Below, one piece after another: positions 62,281 to 64,000 of a DNA stretch of 64,000 bases (the stretch's first letter is position 1; each line of letters starts with the position of its first letter). The notes under the pieces are model-generated. The model saw nothing but the letters and a program-made list of their open reading frames with translations, searched no databases and was not told where the DNA came from. The DNA is taken from positions 64,001 through 128,000 of IMG/VR virus record IMGVR_UViG_3300024269_000024; one strand, given 5' to 3'. Source of the stretch: a virus. Taxonomy: Duplodnaviria; Caudoviricetes. The position numbers and the translations under genes are program-made.

Positions 62281-63059
62281 TACTTATTCTCCTTTACCTT
62301 TAGATATTCTCTCATTGCCTTAATCATGTTGAGAATTTCTTTTTTATGTACATTATTTTCCACCCAGTCAAAATAATCTGGCTCACTATTATAAACATCA
62401 AGATAGCGCTTGCCCTTATGCTTGCCAAAATCGATCACGGTGTCCTCACTAAAAGTAATCGCCGCAGGCTGTTCTACAACAATATTGTCAAAGTCCAAGC
62501 TAATACTCTTTCTAGAAGCAAGATAGTCTGCCACATGAACCATTCTTGCATACTTGTTGTTGGGCTTCGGAAGCTCAACATTACTCTTCTTATCCGTGTT
62601 CCACTGACCCATATGCTTTGAGATTGTATCTGCTACTAGTTCAAGTTCATCATGATTTAGATACTTGCCATCAAAACTTCTAATAACATCTGCCATTAGC
62701 ACTGGATGATCGAACTTAGTGTACTTAGACTTTTCATAGTCTTCCTGAGATCCACTCTTGCGTCCGTCATGAATTAGTCCCGAAAGTCTAATAAGATCTC
62801 GTTCTCTACTTGTGAGCTTGCTGTTATACTGCTCTAGTTCCAAAAAGAAATTCAAGAATCTTACTACTGCAACCTGATGTCTCATAAGCCCCATTTCACC
62901 AAGTGAGTACGCTGGATGATACTTGCCTGTACTAGACGCTCCTACGCGCCAAATATAATCAGGGAGATCTTCAAGTAACACCATGGCAAATTCCTTGATG
63001 TCTTCGTTTTCAAACGTGTTTAAAATCGGTTGCACAAAATCGAGTCTTTCTTGCGTCAT
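62280..63059 (-). CDS. HD-domain phosphohydrolase with C-terminal FGKHKG (DUF3820-like) domain
   Basis: ASSTGKYHP, RH, LIHDGRK, HP, HMGQW, HVADYLASR; FGKHKGK...PDYFDWV. Confidence 0.8.
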   Translation of the reverse strand: MTQERLDFVQPILNTFENEDIKEFAMVLLEDLPDYIWRVGASSTGKYHPAYSLGEMGLMRHQVAVVRFLNFFLELEQYNSKLTSRERDLIRLSGLIHDGRKSGSQEDYEKSKYTKFDHPVLMADVIRSFDGKYLNHDELELVADTISKHMGQWNTDKKSNVELPKPNNKYARMVHVADYLASRKSISLDFDNIVVEQPAAITFSEDTVIDFGKHKGKRYLDVYNSEPDYFDWVENNVHKKEILNMIKAMREYLKVKENK

Positions 63060-63232
63060 TATTCTTTCTCCTTAATGTCAATGTCGATTACTAGTCGGTC
63101 CATTTTGCCGCAACATGCACAAGGCTCCTTGCCATATGACAGAACTATGTGTTTAACTAACTTCTTGGGTGGCTTACATTCTTTGATGTAGCATTGCTTA
63201 CAGTACTCGTATAGGTGTTCTACGTTCTCCAT
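63059..63232 (-). CDS. 57-aa zinc-ribbon protein (absent from ORF track)
   Basis: YCKQC...PCACCGK; GGAAGG SD. Confidence 0.5.
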   Translation of the reverse strand: MENVEHLYEYCKQCYIKECKPPKKLVKHIVLSYGKEPCACCGKMDRLVIDIDIKEKE

Positions 63233-63245
63233 AAATGTTCCTTCC

Positions 63246-63662
63246 TTACTCTAAAATGTTTTCATGGGAATAACCTTCATTTGTTGTATAATAAATGTCT
63301 CTGATTCCGAGTTCTGTAATCAGCTTCATGCAGCTTGGACAAGGACGCGCAAGTAGTGCATTTCCTTTTTGTCCAGTTCTATATACATATAGACTAACAT
63401 GTTTAAAGTCAATATCTCCACGTCCAATTAGCGGCTTAAGACATGCTAGTTCTGCGTGTATGCAGTGCATACTATCCTCGGAGAATCTATAGACATTATA
63501 TTTCTTTTGAATAGGTGCAGTCTTACGTGAGTTAAATCCGCTTGAAATAATGCGATGTTTGTAAACAGCTACCGCACCAATTTTAATTCTAGGAAAATCA
63601 GCAAGCTGAGAGACGGCTTTCGCCGCCTCAAAATATGCCTTGTGAGTCTTACTCAGTCTCAT
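63246..63662 (-). CDS. Cytidine/dCMP deaminase-family zinc deaminase
   Basis: IGAV....IIS.G.N, HAE, RPCPSC; GAGGAG SD before the ATG at 63662. Confidence 0.85.
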   Translation of the reverse strand: MRLSKTHKAYFEAAKAVSQLADFPRIKIGAVAVYKHRIISSGFNSRKTAPIQKKYNVYRFSEDSMHCIHAELACLKPLIGRGDIDFKHVSLYVYRTGQKGNALLARPCPSCMKLITELGIRDIYYTTNEGYSHENILE

Positions 63663-63846
63663 CCAACGACTCCTCGTCCACAATATCAGGTTCATAATCA
63701 TAAAGGCGCTTATCTTTGCGATCCTTGCCCCTATCATATGCGTTAAACTTCTTAAATACTTTTGCTACATGGTTAATTGGCCAGCTGGCACGTTCTTCTG
63801 CAGTAGGTTCCTGTGGTACATTCTTCTTATCAGTCATCGTATTCAA
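63649..63846 (-). CDS. Hypothetical protein
   Basis: Packed - strand ORF. Confidence 0.45.
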   Translation of the reverse strand: MNTMTDKKNVPQEPTAEERASWPINHVAKVFKKFNAYDRGKDRKDKRLYDYEPDIVDEESLDETE

Positions 63847-64000
63847 CCCTTTCTAGTAGTTCCTGGATACAATCAATACATAATTCACTTGAACCAAAGT
63901 AGTAAAGTTCGTCTTGTTCTTGTTCGCATCTATCGCATATATATCTTATTACTTTATAAAATCTACATGCTTCGTAAGTGCATGGTAAGCCACAATCGCA

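Noticed and set aside
1-64000. tRNA genes and stop-codon reassignment
   Set aside because: No cloverleaf/T-loop signature noticed in intergenic gaps. Long genes read through in the standard code and TAA, TAG and TGA all end genes.

Overview
The window is an internal 64-kb segment of a large, AT-rich, probably temperate Firmicutes (Clostridia-like) siphovirus genome. No host genes are recognisable. From 1 to ~30,060 (+ strand) lies a tail/lysis arm: a 5'-truncated tail fibre, a discoidin-domain protein, a CHAP endolysin, a RuvC-like resolvase, a 5,668-aa tape measure protein, Dit, Tal, an S74-chaperone tail protein and a holin-like protein. From ~30,080 to 64,000 (- strand) lies the convergent early/replication arm. 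It carries an RHH regulator, a large serine recombinase with a candidate attP and RDF, dUTPase, a class II RNR interrupted by a group I intron with a GIY-YIG endonuclease, guanylate kinase, a divergent ThyX-like protein, DnaE, a RecD-like helicase and NAD-dependent ligase. It continues with ~30 small Cys-rich accessory ORFs, a PARP plus macrodomain pair, RecJ, an RNA-repair set (ligase, kinase-HD, metallophosphoesterase), an HD protein and a deaminase. The most notable signals are: (1) a eukaryote-like WGR-helical-catalytic PARP next to a TARG1/DarG-type macrodomain, within an end-repair gene cluster; (2) a 17-bp asymmetric motif repeated 10 times in one orientation at promoters and gene junctions, plus a second 16-bp box abutting only weak -35 elements; (3) a giant tape measure protein with a ~2,300-aa N-terminal extension containing a JAB/JAMM-like motif; (4) a palindrome marking six consecutive gene boundaries in the small-ORF array. 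All product calls come from motif recognition by eye, with no database searches.
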